Below, one piece after another: positions 8,491 through 18,725 of a stretch of 64,000 nucleotides of DNA. Source of the DNA: Ostreococcus lucimarinus (Eukaryota). The notes beneath the pieces were generated by a model that ran no database searches, had not been told where the DNA came from, and saw nothing but the letters and a program-made list of their open reading frames with translations. The DNA is taken from NCBI GenBank assembly GCA_000092065.1, contig CP000592.1. The stretch is one strand, 5' to 3'. Position 1 is the first letter of the stretch; the number at the start of each line of letters is the position of its first letter. A program made the position numbers and the translations under genes.

Positions 8491-10008
8491 ATGTCGCTCT
8501 CGACGCGCGCGACGCCGACGCCGACGCGCGCGAACGCGAACGCGAACGCGAACGCGAACGCGCGACGAAAAAGCGACGCGCGAGGACGAGGACGAAGGCG
8601 CGACGTCGCGCGCGGCGCGGCGAGCGATGAACCGAAAAAGCTGTGGGGCGGACGATTCAGCGAGGCGCAGGACCCGCTGATGGAGAAGTTTAACGAATCG
8701 CTGTCGTTCGATCGACGGATGTGGCGAGAGGACGTGGAGGGTTCGGTCGGGTACGCGCGGGCGCTGGCGAGGGCGAGGGTGATCACGAACGACGAGAGGG
8801 ACGCGCTGATCGATGGATTGGGCGAGGTGGGAAAGGAGTGGGAGCGCGGGGCGTTCGCGGCGAAGGCTGGGGACGAGGACATACACACCGCGAATGAACG
8901 GCGGTTGACGGAACTCATCGGAGACGTCGCGGGGAAGTTGCACACCGGACGGTCGAGAAACGATCAAGTGGCGACGGATACGCGCATGTGGTTGCGCGGG
9001 GAGTTGCTTAGGATTCGAGCGCACCTGAGGACGTTGATTGAGATCGCGGTCGATCGCGCCGAGCGCGAGGTGGACGTGGTCATGCCCGGGTTTACGCACT
9101 TGCAGAGCGCGCAGACGGTGCGATGGTCGCATTGGTTGCTTTCGCACGCCGCGGCTTGGCAGCGAGACGATCAGAGGTTGGGAGACATGATTAAACGCGT
9201 GAACGTCATGCCTCTCGGTTCGGGGGCGTTGGCGGGGAACCCGTTCGGCATCGATCGTCAACTGTTGGCCAAGGATTTGGGTTTCGACGGCGTGTGCCCG
9301 AATTCCATGGACGCCGTGAGCGATCGCGATTACATCGCCGAGGCGAGCTTTTGGGCGTCGATGACGGCCACGCACCTGTCTCGATGGAGTGAAGATTTGA
9401 TCGTGTACTGCTCGCAGCAGTTTGGTATGGTGAAGTGTTCGGACGCGTACTCCACCGGCTCCTCCCTGATGCCGCAAAAGAAGAACCCGGACGCGTTGGA
9501 GCTCTTGCGCGGCAAGAGCGGCACGCAAATTGGTTCGCTCATGGCAGTCTTAGCCACCATCAAGGGCACGCCCACGACGTACAACAAAGATCTTCAAGAG
9601 GTCTGGCACGCCATGTACTACACCGTGGATAATATGAGCGATTCGTTACAAATCGCCGCCGGCTGCTTGGCGACGCTCAAAATTTACCCCGACGCTATGG
9701 AACGCGGTTTGTGCGCGGAAATGCTCGCCACCGATCTCGCCGAGTATCTCGTTCGCAAGGGTGTACCATTTCGCGAGACTCATCACATCTCCGGCGCCGC
9801 CGTCAAGCTCAGCGAAGACCGCGGCGTACCGCTTTCCTCATTAACCGTCGACGACTTGAAGCCCCTCTGCGCCGCCTTCGACGCCGACGTCGCCGAGGTT
9901 TGGTCGTACGAGAAATCCGCCGAGTCCCGCGACACCGAGGGCGGCACCTCGCGTCGCAGCGTTCTCGAGCAGTGCGCCAAGCTTCGCGCGTACCTCGCCG
10001 CCAACTAA
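8491..10008 (+). CDS. ASL: Argininosuccinate lyase (fumarate-lyase family) with N-terminal presequence
   Basis: Fumarate-lyase signature GSSLMPQKKNPD, plus KLWGGRFSE...DRRMW and HTGRSRNDQV blocks. Start placed at Met8491 (MSLSTRATPTPTRANANANANA...). A (CGAACG)5 microsatellite at 8531..8560 encodes the AN-repeat. Confidence 0.9.
   Translation: MSLSTRATPTPTRANANANANANARRKSDARGRGRRRDVARGAASDEPKKLWGGRFSEAQDPLMEKFNESLSFDRRMWREDVEGSVGYARALARARVITNDERDALIDGLGEVGKEWERGAFAAKAGDEDIHTANERRLTELIGDVAGKLHTGRSRNDQVATDTRMWLRGELLRIRAHLRTLIEIAVDRAEREVDVVMPGFTHLQSAQTVRWSHWLLSHAAAWQRDDQRLGDMIKRVNVMPLGSGALAGNPFGIDRQLLAKDLGFDGVCPNSMDAVSDRDYIAEASFWASMTATHLSRWSEDLIVYCSQQFGMVKCSDAYSTGSSLMPQKKNPDALELLRGKSGTQIGSLMAVLATIKGTPTTYNKDLQEVWHAMYYTVDNMSDSLQIAAGCLATLKIYPDAMERGLCAEMLATDLAEYLVRKGVPFRETHHISGAAVKLSEDRGVPLSSLTVDDLKPLCAAFDADVAEVWSYEKSAESRDTEGGTSRRSVLEQCAKLRAYLAAN
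8531..8560 (+). repeat. (CGAACG)5 hexanucleotide microsatellite inside the ASL presequence (encodes ANANANANAN)
   Basis: Seen directly. Confidence 0.9.
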
Positions 10009-10089
10009 TGCGTTGTCATTCAATCCGAGCGCCTTCGTTCGAGCGTCGCCGACGCCGCGCCAACCACCCGCCGCACTGCGCGCCGCGCC

Positions 10090-11097
10090 ATGCCTCGCGA
10101 TCGCCTCCGTTCGCCCCGCGCGCTCGCCGCGCTCGCGTGCGTCATCGCGCTCGCGCGCGCGCGCGCCCGCGCCGACGCGAAAGTGCTCAACGACGACGCA
10201 TTCGTCGGCGACGACGCGCCTCGTTACGTCGTGCGCGTCCCGAAAGATCCACTCGACGTCAGCCCCATCGCGCCGCATCGACGCGTGCCCATGACGGCGC
10301 ACGACGGGAAGAAGTACGTGTGCACGATACCGCTCGGCGCGACCGGTGACGGCGAGGACGACGGCGAGGACGATGGTGCGCTCGAGACGGCGCTGGGCGG
10401 GACGCGCGAAGACGCGGAGACGCCAAAGGCGACGCGGTTGGAGGACATCGAACGCGCGCGCACGGTGGACGAACACCTGCGACCGCTCGAGGGACGATGC
10501 TTTTATTATGGCAATGGCGATTGGTGGACGTACGAGCTGTGTTATAAGACGCGAGTCGAACAGTTCCATCGAGAGGGGACGACGAGGGTGAATTCGTACT
10601 CGCTTGGAAAGTTTGACGAGGCGGCGACGATGGAGTTGGGGAGCGAAAGAGCGGCGACGATGGGCGATGGTGCGGAAGCAGGCGTAGATAGTGGGAAGTT
10701 GGCGCTGGAGAATCAGCGCTATCACGCGCACGCGTTCACAGATGGGACGAAATGTGAAGATGTCGGCGCGGCGTACAGCGAGACGCGGCGCACGAGCGAG
10801 GTGCGCTTCGTGTGCGCCGAGGACGGTAGCGAAGGATTGAGTGGAGTGGAAGAGCCGGCGACGTGTAGATATGTGTTGACTTTTAGAACGCCTCTGGCGT
10901 GCAAAGCGAAAGATTTAAGGCCGAAGCGGCCGGACGTGGAACAAATCACGTGCGCGCTCGTCGAGGACGACGCCGCCGACGAAACGGCGGCGCGCAACGG
11001 TGGAGAAAACCCCGAGCCCGCGACGAACGCCGCCGAGAGCGCCGGGGCTGACGCGCAAACGTCCACCGCGAGCGCGCAATCGCGCGAAGAGCTTTAG
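10090..11097 (+). CDS. OS9: OS-9/Yos9-like ER lectin with MRH (mannose-6-phosphate receptor homology) domain and signal peptide
   Basis: N-terminal signal peptide (ALAALACVIALARARA). MRH-domain block GRCFYYGNGDWWTYELCYKTRVEQFHRE closely resembles the OS-9 WWTYEFCYG...QYH motif; conserved Cys pattern present. Confidence 0.7.
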   Translation: MPRDRLRSPRALAALACVIALARARARADAKVLNDDAFVGDDAPRYVVRVPKDPLDVSPIAPHRRVPMTAHDGKKYVCTIPLGATGDGEDDGEDDGALETALGGTREDAETPKATRLEDIERARTVDEHLRPLEGRCFYYGNGDWWTYELCYKTRVEQFHREGTTRVNSYSLGKFDEAATMELGSERAATMGDGAEAGVDSGKLALENQRYHAHAFTDGTKCEDVGAAYSETRRTSEVRFVCAEDGSEGLSGVEEPATCRYVLTFRTPLACKAKDLRPKRPDVEQITCALVEDDAADETAARNGGENPEPATNAAESAGADAQTSTASAQSREEL

Positions 11098-11280
11098 CGC
11101 GTAGAATCTGTTGTAACTTCTGCGTTCCACATCGACGAAAGCGACGTCGGCCGCGCGCATCACAGCGAGCCGCGGGGCTGACGGAAGAGCGTTGGCGCGG
11201 CTGCCGGAAAACCGCGTCGCGCGCGACGAAATCGCGAAAACGAACACGACTCGCGAGGCGCGACGCGTTCGCGCGTCGAG

Positions 11281-14151
11281 ATGTCCGACGACGCGCGTGC
11301 GACGGCGCAAGATGTCGACTCGGAACGATCTGGCGGCGACCGCGCCGACCGCGCGTTCTCGCGCGTTTCTAGCGTGCAGAGCGTGGAATCGTGCGATGAG
11401 ACACACGCGTGTCGCCCCGAGAGCTCGGGCGCGGGCGCGCCGGCGGTGAGAGCGCATTTGGATGTTGGCGCTCGCGGCGGCGCGGTTTTGAAACGTCGCG
11501 GCGGCGTCGTGGAAACGATTCGCTCACTCATGCGCGTCCGACGATTCGCGGACGCGCTTGAATTGATAAATCGCTCACAGTGTTCGGCGCTGGGCGGAGA
11601 GGCGGGAGCGCTGGCGCTGAGAGGCGAGTGTTACGAGGGTATCGGCGCGGCGCCGGATGCGTTTCGTGCGTACGACTCTTCGCGCGGATTAGACATCGGG
11701 AATCCTGACGCGTGGTGCGGCTTGGCGCGCCTGGCGCACGCCTCGGGGGCGTATACGGACGCGGTGAATTGCTTCCGCGCTGCGCGCGATGCGTACGCAC
11801 GAATCGGTATGACGAAAGAAGCAGAGGAGGCAGAGAAAAAGTTAGCCGCGGCTTGGACGGATCTGGGGACGACGTACAAGGCGAACGGAGAATCTAAGCG
11901 CGCGATGGAGACGTACGCGGAGATCATAGCGGCCGTACCGCATCACGCTGCGGCGGCGTATTACAATATGGGCGTGTCTCTCGTGGAGTGTGGACGATTG
12001 GTCGAGGCGGAGAGCGCTTATCGAAGCTCCATCGCGCTCGATTCGTCAAGAGCTGAGGCGTACTGCAACATCGGCGTCGTCTTCAAGATGACGAATCGCA
12101 TAGATGACGCGCTTGACGCGTGTGAAAAATGTCTGCGCATATCGCCCGATTTCGACCTTGGGAAGAAGAACTTGTCGCTCGTCCTCACGGATCAAGGGAC
12201 GGAGCTAAAGAAGAAGAATTTGCTCGCCGATGCCATTGCGACATACGAGCGAGCGCTTTCATACGACACGACCAACGTTGAGGCGTACTACAACCTCGGT
12301 GTGGCGTGCGCGGAAGCTGAAGAGTACGATCGTGCTATCATTGCGTACGAAAACGCGGGACGTTTAAGGCCGCAGTGCGCGGAAATTTGGAACAACGCCG
12401 GGGTCTTGTACAAGGAAAGAGGTAATGACGCTCGCGCTATGGACTACTACCGCCGCGCCGTCGCGTGCAATCCCAACTTTGCTCAACCTCTCAATAACCT
12501 GGGCGTATTACACACGATGACTGGCGAGGCGCAGCAAGCTTTGGAGACGCTCCAGCGCGCAGTGACGGTGGATCCATCGTATGCGGTGGCGCACAACAAT
12601 TTAGGCGTCTTGTTGCGGGACACGGGAGACATCGAGCACGCGTGTGAGTCGTACAGAGAATGCATTCGAAACTCTCCGAACGATCGTCATGCCGAACAGA
12701 ACTACTTGCTCGCGCTCAATTACGTGCGCCAAGGCGAAGAACCAGACGTTTGTGAGGCGCACGCGACGTGGGGGACGCGGTTTGTGAAACTCGCAGGCCC
12801 GCCGCTTAAGGCTCGAAGGGCAGTTCGTTCGGACAGTGGTGCTGGAACGCCAGGGCGAAGAAAGCTCGTCGTCGGCTACGTCTCTCCTGATATGTACACG
12901 CACTCGGTGAGTTATTTCGCAGCTGCGCCTTTTCGTTCGCACGATAAGGAGAGCGTCAAGCTTGTGGTGTACAACGTGTCGAAATTTTGCGATGCGCAGA
13001 CCGAGCGCCTTCGGAAGTTCACGTTGGAATCCGGAGGCGAGTGGCGCGATTGCGCGTCTCTTGATGAGCGTGAACTCGCCGAGTGCATTCGAGGTGACTG
13101 TGTGGACGTTCTCGTTGAGCTTACCGGGCACACGGCGAACAATCGCCTCGGCACGCTCGCGCTCGAGCCGGCGCCAGTTCAGATCACGTGGATTGGCTAT
13201 CCGAACAGCACGGGAATGCGATCGATCCACTATCGCATCACCGACAAAGTCTGTGATCCGCTGGACACTAAACAGACGTTCACGGAACAGCTCGTTCGTA
13301 TACCGTCACCGCATTCGTTCCTTTGCTACACCCCGAATCCCGAGGCACCACAGCAAGTTTCGGACGCGCCGTGCGCAAGTCAGGGCTTTGTCACGTTTGG
13401 GTGCTTCAATACCATGGCCAAAGTCACCGCCGACGTCCGAGTGGCTTGGAGTCAGATCTTGCTCGCCACTCCCGGAAGTCGCTTGTACTTCAAGTCGAAA
13501 GCTTTCGCGTGCGAAGTTATTCGCCAACGCTTTTTGTCGCAAATGTCTGCGTTGGGAGTAGACAACTGGCGAATCGACTGCGTTCCGCTCGAGCGCGAGA
13601 CATCCTCGCACCTCGCCATGTACGATCGCGTCGATATCGCTCTAGACACCTTCCCATACGCTGGCACGACGACGACATGCGAGTCCCTCCACATGGGCGT
13701 GCCCGTTCTGACGCTCGCCGGCGCGTGTCACGCGCACAACGTGGGCAAGTCGTTGATGACCGCTGTTGGTCTCGAAAGGTTCGTTGCGAAAGATGTGATT
13801 GAGTACGTGCGAATTGCTTCGTCGTATGGCAATAAGATGGATGAGATTCGTGAGCTTCGACGGGGTTTGCGAGAGAAATTGCTGCGCTCGCCCCTGTGTG
13901 ACGCCGCCGGTTTCACACAATCTCTCGAGGTCATCTATCGCAACTTGTGGCAACGATGGTGTGATGAAAAAGCGAGAGAGAGCGATGATGATGAAGACGA
14001 ACGAAGCGATGAAGATGACGACGATAACGGCCAGTGCGGTTCAGTCGACGACTCGAAGGGCGATTCGAATCAGGACACGGCGGAACAATACGAAGGAGAC
14101 GAGAGCGCCGGAGAGTTTTCCTCGAAACTCATAGATACATTAGAGATTTGA
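11281..14151 (+). CDS. SPY: TPR-repeat glycosyltransferase of family GT41 (SPINDLY/O-GlcNAc-transferase-like)
   Basis: About 10 TPR repeats (AYYNMGV, AYCNIGVV, AYYNLGVA, AHNNLGVL...). The C-terminal catalytic region carries SPY/OGT blocks VGYVSPDMYTHSVSYF, ITWIGYPNSTG, IHYRITDKVCDP and LVRIPSPHSFLCYTP. Confidence 0.8.
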   Translation: MSDDARATAQDVDSERSGGDRADRAFSRVSSVQSVESCDETHACRPESSGAGAPAVRAHLDVGARGGAVLKRRGGVVETIRSLMRVRRFADALELINRSQCSALGGEAGALALRGECYEGIGAAPDAFRAYDSSRGLDIGNPDAWCGLARLAHASGAYTDAVNCFRAARDAYARIGMTKEAEEAEKKLAAAWTDLGTTYKANGESKRAMETYAEIIAAVPHHAAAAYYNMGVSLVECGRLVEAESAYRSSIALDSSRAEAYCNIGVVFKMTNRIDDALDACEKCLRISPDFDLGKKNLSLVLTDQGTELKKKNLLADAIATYERALSYDTTNVEAYYNLGVACAEAEEYDRAIIAYENAGRLRPQCAEIWNNAGVLYKERGNDARAMDYYRRAVACNPNFAQPLNNLGVLHTMTGEAQQALETLQRAVTVDPSYAVAHNNLGVLLRDTGDIEHACESYRECIRNSPNDRHAEQNYLLALNYVRQGEEPDVCEAHATWGTRFVKLAGPPLKARRAVRSDSGAGTPGRRKLVVGYVSPDMYTHSVSYFAAAPFRSHDKESVKLVVYNVSKFCDAQTERLRKFTLESGGEWRDCASLDERELAECIRGDCVDVLVELTGHTANNRLGTLALEPAPVQITWIGYPNSTGMRSIHYRITDKVCDPLDTKQTFTEQLVRIPSPHSFLCYTPNPEAPQQVSDAPCASQGFVTFGCFNTMAKVTADVRVAWSQILLATPGSRLYFKSKAFACEVIRQRFLSQMSALGVDNWRIDCVPLERETSSHLAMYDRVDIALDTFPYAGTTTTCESLHMGVPVLTLAGACHAHNVGKSLMTAVGLERFVAKDVIEYVRIASSYGNKMDEIRELRRGLREKLLRSPLCDAAGFTQSLEVIYRNLWQRWCDEKARESDDDEDERSDEDDDDNGQCGSVDDSKGDSNQDTAEQYEGDESAGEFSSKLIDTLEI

Positions 14152-14277
14152 GCGACACATTGTCGCTAGTTGTCAATTTAAAGAAACACGTGTTGATTGA
14201 ATGAGTGTGAAAATAATGTTGTCGCTTATTAAGAAGCTTCTACTGCTCTAATGTTTTGTGTTCGCGCGCAACGCTTC

Positions 14278-15933
14278 TTACAAGGAGAACGCTTCGGGAT
14301 CGGGCGCGGCCGCGCCGCCGGCAGCCTTCGTCTTCTTCTTAGGGATTTCAGTGATGACCGCTTGCGTCGTGAGCACCATACCCGCGATGGAACAAGAGTT
14401 TTGCACGCCAGAGCGGGTGACCTTCTTCGGGTCGAGAACGCCCTTATCAATCAAGTCACCGTACTCGCCAGTCATGGCGTCGTAACCAAAGTTGAATTCG
14501 CCATCCATGACGTGTTGCACAATCACATCACCTTCCGCGCCAGCGTTGTTGCCGATGAGTCTGCACGGAGCCAGAAGCGCCTTTTGAACGATTTCCGCGC
14601 CCAAGCGTTCCTCGGCGTTAGTGAGGGTCGGCTTGAATTCGTCGATCATCTTGCTCAAGTGCACCAAAGCGGCGCCACCACCCGGGACGATGCCTTCCTC
14701 GACCGCGGCAAAAGTGGCGTTCTTGGCATCTTCAATACGAAGCTTGCGTTCTTCTAATTCAGTTTCGGTCGCGGCGCCAACCTTAATGACGGCAACACCA
14801 CCGGCGAGCTTGGCGATGCGTTCGGAAAGCTTTTGGGTATCGTACACGGAATCCGTCTCCGCGAGCTCTTGCTTGAGTTGAGCCACGCGAAGGTCGATGT
14901 CTTCCTTGGACGCACCATCAGCAATCATGGTGGTCGTCGTTTGCGCGATGGAAACCTTACGGGCGTAGCCGAGGCAGTCCATGTTCGCGCGCGCGACGCT
15001 GAGACCGAGATCCTTGGCGATGTATTGAGCGCCAGTGACGATGGCGATGTCTTGCAACAAGGCCTTACGACGCTCACCGAAACCCGGCGCCTTGATGGCG
15101 GCCACCTTAAGCACGCCGCGCATCTTGTTGACCACCAAAGTGGCGAGCGCTTCGCCCGTGATGTCTTCGGCGATGATCAAGAGCGGCGGGGACCCCGCTT
15201 GGGACACCTCTTCCAAAAGTGGCACGAGCACTTGAACTTGTTCAATCTTCTCGTCCGTGATCAAAACGCGACAGCCTTCAAATTCAACCATCAAGCGTTC
15301 GTCGTCGTTGACGAATTGCGGAGAAATGTAACCGCGATCGATTTCCATGCCCTCCTCGACTTCGACAACGGTTTCCAAACCGGTGCCGTTTTCGATGGAC
15401 AAGACGCCATCCGGGCCAACCTTTTCGATGGCTTCGGCAATCATGTCACCGATGGAGACATCGTTACCCGCGGAGATGGAAGCGACGGCACGGATATCTT
15501 GCTGGTTGCGCACCGGAATCGTGAGCTCGTCGAGCTTTTGACGGCAGAATTCAGACGTCTTGTCGATGCCGCGCTTCACCGTCACCGGGTTGGCGCCCGC
15601 GGCGACAGATTGCAAGCCGTACTTGATCATCTCACGCGCGAGCACGGACGCAGTCGTCGTGCCATCGCCTGCAGAGTCATTCGTTCGCCCTGCGACTTCC
15701 TTGATGAGCTGCGCACCGGCGTTCTCCACCGGATCCGGTAATTCGATGGCGCGCGCAATGGTCACTCCGTCGTTAATCACTTGCGGCATCCCAAACTTTT
15801 CCTCGAGCACCACGTTTCTCCCGCGAGGACCGAGCGTCACCCCGACCGCATCCGCCAATTTATCGATTCCAGCTTGAATCTTGCGTCGAGAACTCATGTC
15901 AAACGTGATATCCTTCGCCTCGGCGCGAACCAT
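14278..15933 (-). CDS. CPN60: Chaperonin Cpn60 (GroEL family, plastid-type); main exon only, the N-terminal transit peptide likely lies in an upstream exon
   Basis: A 551-aa ORF of full GroEL length; AKDITFD...[21 protein letters not shown] is plastid Cpn60-like and the Gly-rich segment [16 protein letters not shown] is equatorial-domain-like. The frame stays open 5' of Met15933 through ...[22 protein letters not shown] with no Met up to a TGATGA stop, and a CAG acceptor sits at about 15990. This argues for a 5' intron. Confidence 0.85.
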   Translation of the reverse strand: MVRAEAKDITFDMSSRRKIQAGIDKLADAVGVTLGPRGRNVVLEEKFGMPQVINDGVTIARAIELPDPVENAGAQLIKEVAGRTNDSAGDGTTTASVLAREMIKYGLQSVAAGANPVTVKRGIDKTSEFCRQKLDELTIPVRNQQDIRAVASISAGNDVSIGDMIAEAIEKVGPDGVLSIENGTGLETVVEVEEGMEIDRGYISPQFVNDDERLMVEFEGCRVLITDEKIEQVQVLVPLLEEVSQAGSPPLLIIAEDITGEALATLVVNKMRGVLKVAAIKAPGFGERRKALLQDIAIVTGAQYIAKDLGLSVARANMDCLGYARKVSIAQTTTTMIADGASKEDIDLRVAQLKQELAETDSVYDTQKLSERIAKLAGGVAVIKVGAATETELEERKLRIEDAKNATFAAVEEGIVPGGGAALVHLSKMIDEFKPTLTNAEERLGAEIVQKALLAPCRLIGNNAGAEGDVIVQHVMDGEFNFGYDAMTGEYGDLIDKGVLDPKKVTRSGVQNSCSIAGMVLTTQAVITEIPKKKTKAAGGAAAPDPEAFSL

Positions 15934-16733
15934 CGCGACGCGGCGGCGGCCGCCACCGCGTCGACTCTGCTTCGCCGTTAGCGCCGACGTCTGCGCGCGT
16001 CATCAATCATCAATCATCATCGTCAGTCGGCGTCATCGCTCGCGCACTATTCTTCACCACCACGCTCGACGCCGTTCGCGCCCGTCGCGCCCTTCGCGCG
16101 CCGTCGCGTCGACGGCTTCGCACCCCAGCCGTCCGACGGCGGCGAGGCGCCCCTCGCGCGCGCCTCCTCCCGCGCCCACGCACGCGCGTCCTCGCGCGTC
16201 GCCGTCACCGCGCCGTCGCGCGATCCAACGCGCGAAAATTTTCTCATCCAGACGCCGCGTCGCGCGCGCGTCGCGCGCGTCGCGTCCCCCCGTCGTCGTC
16301 GTCGTCGCGCGCGATGCCGGACGACCCTGGAAGAATCTTCCGAAGCGCGTCGTCATCGTCGCGCGGCGTCGCGCATCACCGTCGCGCGGCGTCGCAGTCG
16401 CGCGTCGACGATGGGGGCTATATTCACACGCACCGTGAGCGATCGCGAGGTGAGAGACATCATCTTGTGCGCGCGAGAGCGGGCGCGGACGCGTCTCGGA
16501 ATGCGGCTTCGCGCGCGCCTTCGGGGCGAAAACCTGAAAAATTCCGCGCCTTTACGTACGTAGAACGCGCGAGATTCGCCCATTTATCATGACCGCGCGA
16601 GCGACGTACACGACGAGTCTTAAGACCGTGTAGGCGAGCGCTGCACGCGGTGCGATTTCGCGCCGACGGCCGGCGCCGACGCGGCGACGCGACGACGCGG
16701 GGACGCGACGACGCGACGCGACGCGCGCGCGAC

Positions 16734-17696
16734 ATGGCGCGCGGACGCCAGGGCGCGGGACGCGGGCGCGGCGCGCGCGGGCGCGGGCGCGGGCGCGGCG
16801 ACGCGAAGAGCGTCTTGCCCGATTGGGCGCGCGGTGGGAAAGGATTCTGTTCGTGCGTCGACGCCGGGTGCGCGCGACGCCACGAAGACGACGACGACGA
16901 CGACGACGACGCGTCGAGCGCGCCGACGCGGTTCCCGGTGCCGCTGGCGATGTGGGACCTGGCGCAGTGCGATCCGAAGCGGTGCAGCGGAAGGAAGCTG
17001 GCGAGGCTCGGGTGCCTGCGCGAGCTGCGCGTGCAGCAGCGGTGGGCGGGCGTGGCGCTGACGCCGAACGCGACGGAGACGATCTCGCCGAAAGATTACG
17101 AGGTTTTGAACGCAAACGGGTTGGCGGTCGTGGATTGTTCGTGGAATCGATTGGATGACGTGCCGTTTCAGCGATTGCACAGCGCGGCGCCGAGACTGTT
17201 GCCTTGGTTGGTGGCGGCGAATCCGGTGAATTACGGCAAGCCGTGTAAGCTGACGTGCGCCGAGGCGCTGGCGGGCGGACTGTACATCGCGGGGTATCGC
17301 GATGCCGCGGAAGCGCTGATGAATAAGTTCAAATGGGGACACGGATTCATTTCTCTCAATCGCGAGCTGTTGGAGTCGTACATGCAGTGCCGCACGAGCG
17401 AGGAAGTCATCGAGACGCAAAACAAGTGGTTAACGCTCGGGGGACCGGAGGCGGCGCCGAGACGGGACATGATGCCACCGAGCGAGAGTGAGAGCGATGG
17501 TGAGGACGACGATGAGAGCGAAGACGATTTACCACCGCTCGAAAGGAATTTCAATCGGTCCAGAAACGCGATCGAGCGCTCGGGAAACAACTTTCGCAAT
17601 AAACTCGCCGAAGAAGAGGATGAATCATCCGAAGAATCTGAAGACAGCGATGACGAGGAAACGGAAGAGTTGACGAAACGAGTGGCTGAGTTGTAG
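16734..17696 (+). CDS. TSR3: 18S rRNA aminocarboxypropyltransferase TSR3
   Basis: Hallmark LAMWDLAQCDPKRCSGRKL block and the downstream DUF367/RLI-like core (ANPVNYGKPCKLTCAEALAG). Acidic Ser/Glu C-tail. Start at Met16734 (MARGRQGAGRGRG...). Confidence 0.85.
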   Translation: MARGRQGAGRGRGARGRGRGRGDAKSVLPDWARGGKGFCSCVDAGCARRHEDDDDDDDDASSAPTRFPVPLAMWDLAQCDPKRCSGRKLARLGCLRELRVQQRWAGVALTPNATETISPKDYEVLNANGLAVVDCSWNRLDDVPFQRLHSAAPRLLPWLVAANPVNYGKPCKLTCAEALAGGLYIAGYRDAAEALMNKFKWGHGFISLNRELLESYMQCRTSEEVIETQNKWLTLGGPEAAPRRDMMPPSESESDGEDDDESEDDLPPLERNFNRSRNAIERSGNNFRNKLAEEEDESSEESEDSDDEETEELTKRVAEL

Positions 17697-17771
17697 ATTA
17701 ACGTAGTAGTCGGTAGCGTGCCAGTAGTGTTTGTACAGTTCGTATTTCACATAGTTCAGTATTCGGGCGAT

Positions 17772-18407
17772 TCAGCATTCAGGCGACTCGGTCATTCGGC
17801 ATTCGGGCGACAGGACGATAATAGGCAACGAGAGCGTAATTTGGTCGCCTGCGAGTCGCCGAGTGTCCTCAAGAATGTCAATTGTGTCCTCAAGAATGTC
17901 AATTGTGTTAGCATGTCGTGCTCGTGCTTCTTCTTGTTCTTGTTGTTCTTCTCGTCGTTCGTGTTGTTCCGACGCCGCCTCGTCGGGCGAGGGCGTCGGC
18001 GTCGGCTCGTCCTCGTGTCGGCGGCGGCATGCGCGAAGATGATTCGCGAATCCGGCGGCACGCTTCCCGATAAAACCACAATGCGGGCACACCAACGATT
18101 GCGATTTCTTGTGCGTCGACGCGAGGGGCTGATTTGCCGACAACGTCTTCAACTTTTTCATCTTTCGTGCTCTGTAAATTCGACTGTATTCATTCTTTTT
18201 CAACCGCTTTCGCTCTTTTCGTTCTGTATCGTCGCTTCCCTCCGTCGTGCTCGCGCTCTCGTAATATTTCACGTCTGCGCGACTACGGCGACGTTCGTCG
18301 ATCTCTGGCGGAGGATACCCAGGTTCCAAGGCTTCGAGAATGGTGTCGATCTGAACGATGTCGTCGTCGACATCCTTGGGACTCAGGCACAAATCAAATC
18401 GTGGCAC
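17772..18407 (-). CDS. Hypothetical basic protein with one C2HC/C2H2-like zinc-finger motif (CPHCGF...HLRAC) and an in-frame 7-aa duplication
   Basis: ORF 211 aa. Lys/Arg-rich block RKERKRLKKNEYSRIYRARK. TIDILEDTIDILEDT is encoded by a perfect 21-bp x2 tandem duplication at 17865..17906. Family unknown; could be part of a spliced gene. Confidence 0.3.
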   Translation of the reverse strand: MPRFDLCLSPKDVDDDIVQIDTILEALEPGYPPPEIDERRRSRADVKYYESASTTEGSDDTERKERKRLKKNEYSRIYRARKMKKLKTLSANQPLASTHKKSQSLVCPHCGFIGKRAAGFANHLRACRRRHEDEPTPTPSPDEAASEQHERREEQQEQEEARARHANTIDILEDTIDILEDTRRLAGDQITLSLPIIVLSPECRMTESPEC

Positions 18408-18725
18408 GCGTGCGGTAACGCTGTAGAGAGCGTTTTGTTTTTTGATCGATCCTACGGCACCGCAGTACTGTGGTTGGTCAGTTCCTGAACGTTTGTGTGT
18501 GCGCGCGCACTACCTTGCCAGCACCCTGTTGTATCGAGCCGTCCTCTTTAAACACCGTCAATTGCGAGCGAATGAAACCGGGATAGATGGTTCTATCGAT
18601 CAAGCGCTCGAGCTCGCGGCCGACGGTGCGACGGCGGGTCGCCATGAAGAGATGAAGAGAAAGAGAGAGAGTCGAAGTATGAAGATTGCGCGGTTTGGAC
18701 GATTCTCGTTACACGTGGGTTTCTT

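Noticed and set aside
8386-9528. 380-aa minus-strand ORF antisense to argininosuccinate lyase
   Set aside because: Pro/Arg-rich low complexity typical of antisense reading of GC3-rich coding DNA; the sense frame has the fumarate-lyase signature.
9711-10731. ORFs 9711..10349 + and 9841..10731 - spanning the ASL/OS-9 junction
   Set aside because: Arg-rich nonsense products; overlap two well-supported genes in other frames.
14833-15741. 302-aa plus-strand ORF inside Cpn60
   Set aside because: Antisense to an unmistakable GroEL-family gene; product has no recognisable features.
16620-17420. 266-aa and 187-aa minus-strand ORFs antisense to TSR3, and 15881..16438 + in the Cpn60/TSR3 spacer
   Set aside because: Poly-Arg/Pro/Ala low complexity arising from CG-rich DNA; no start context or domain. 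The spacer may still hide the short first exon of Cpn60.
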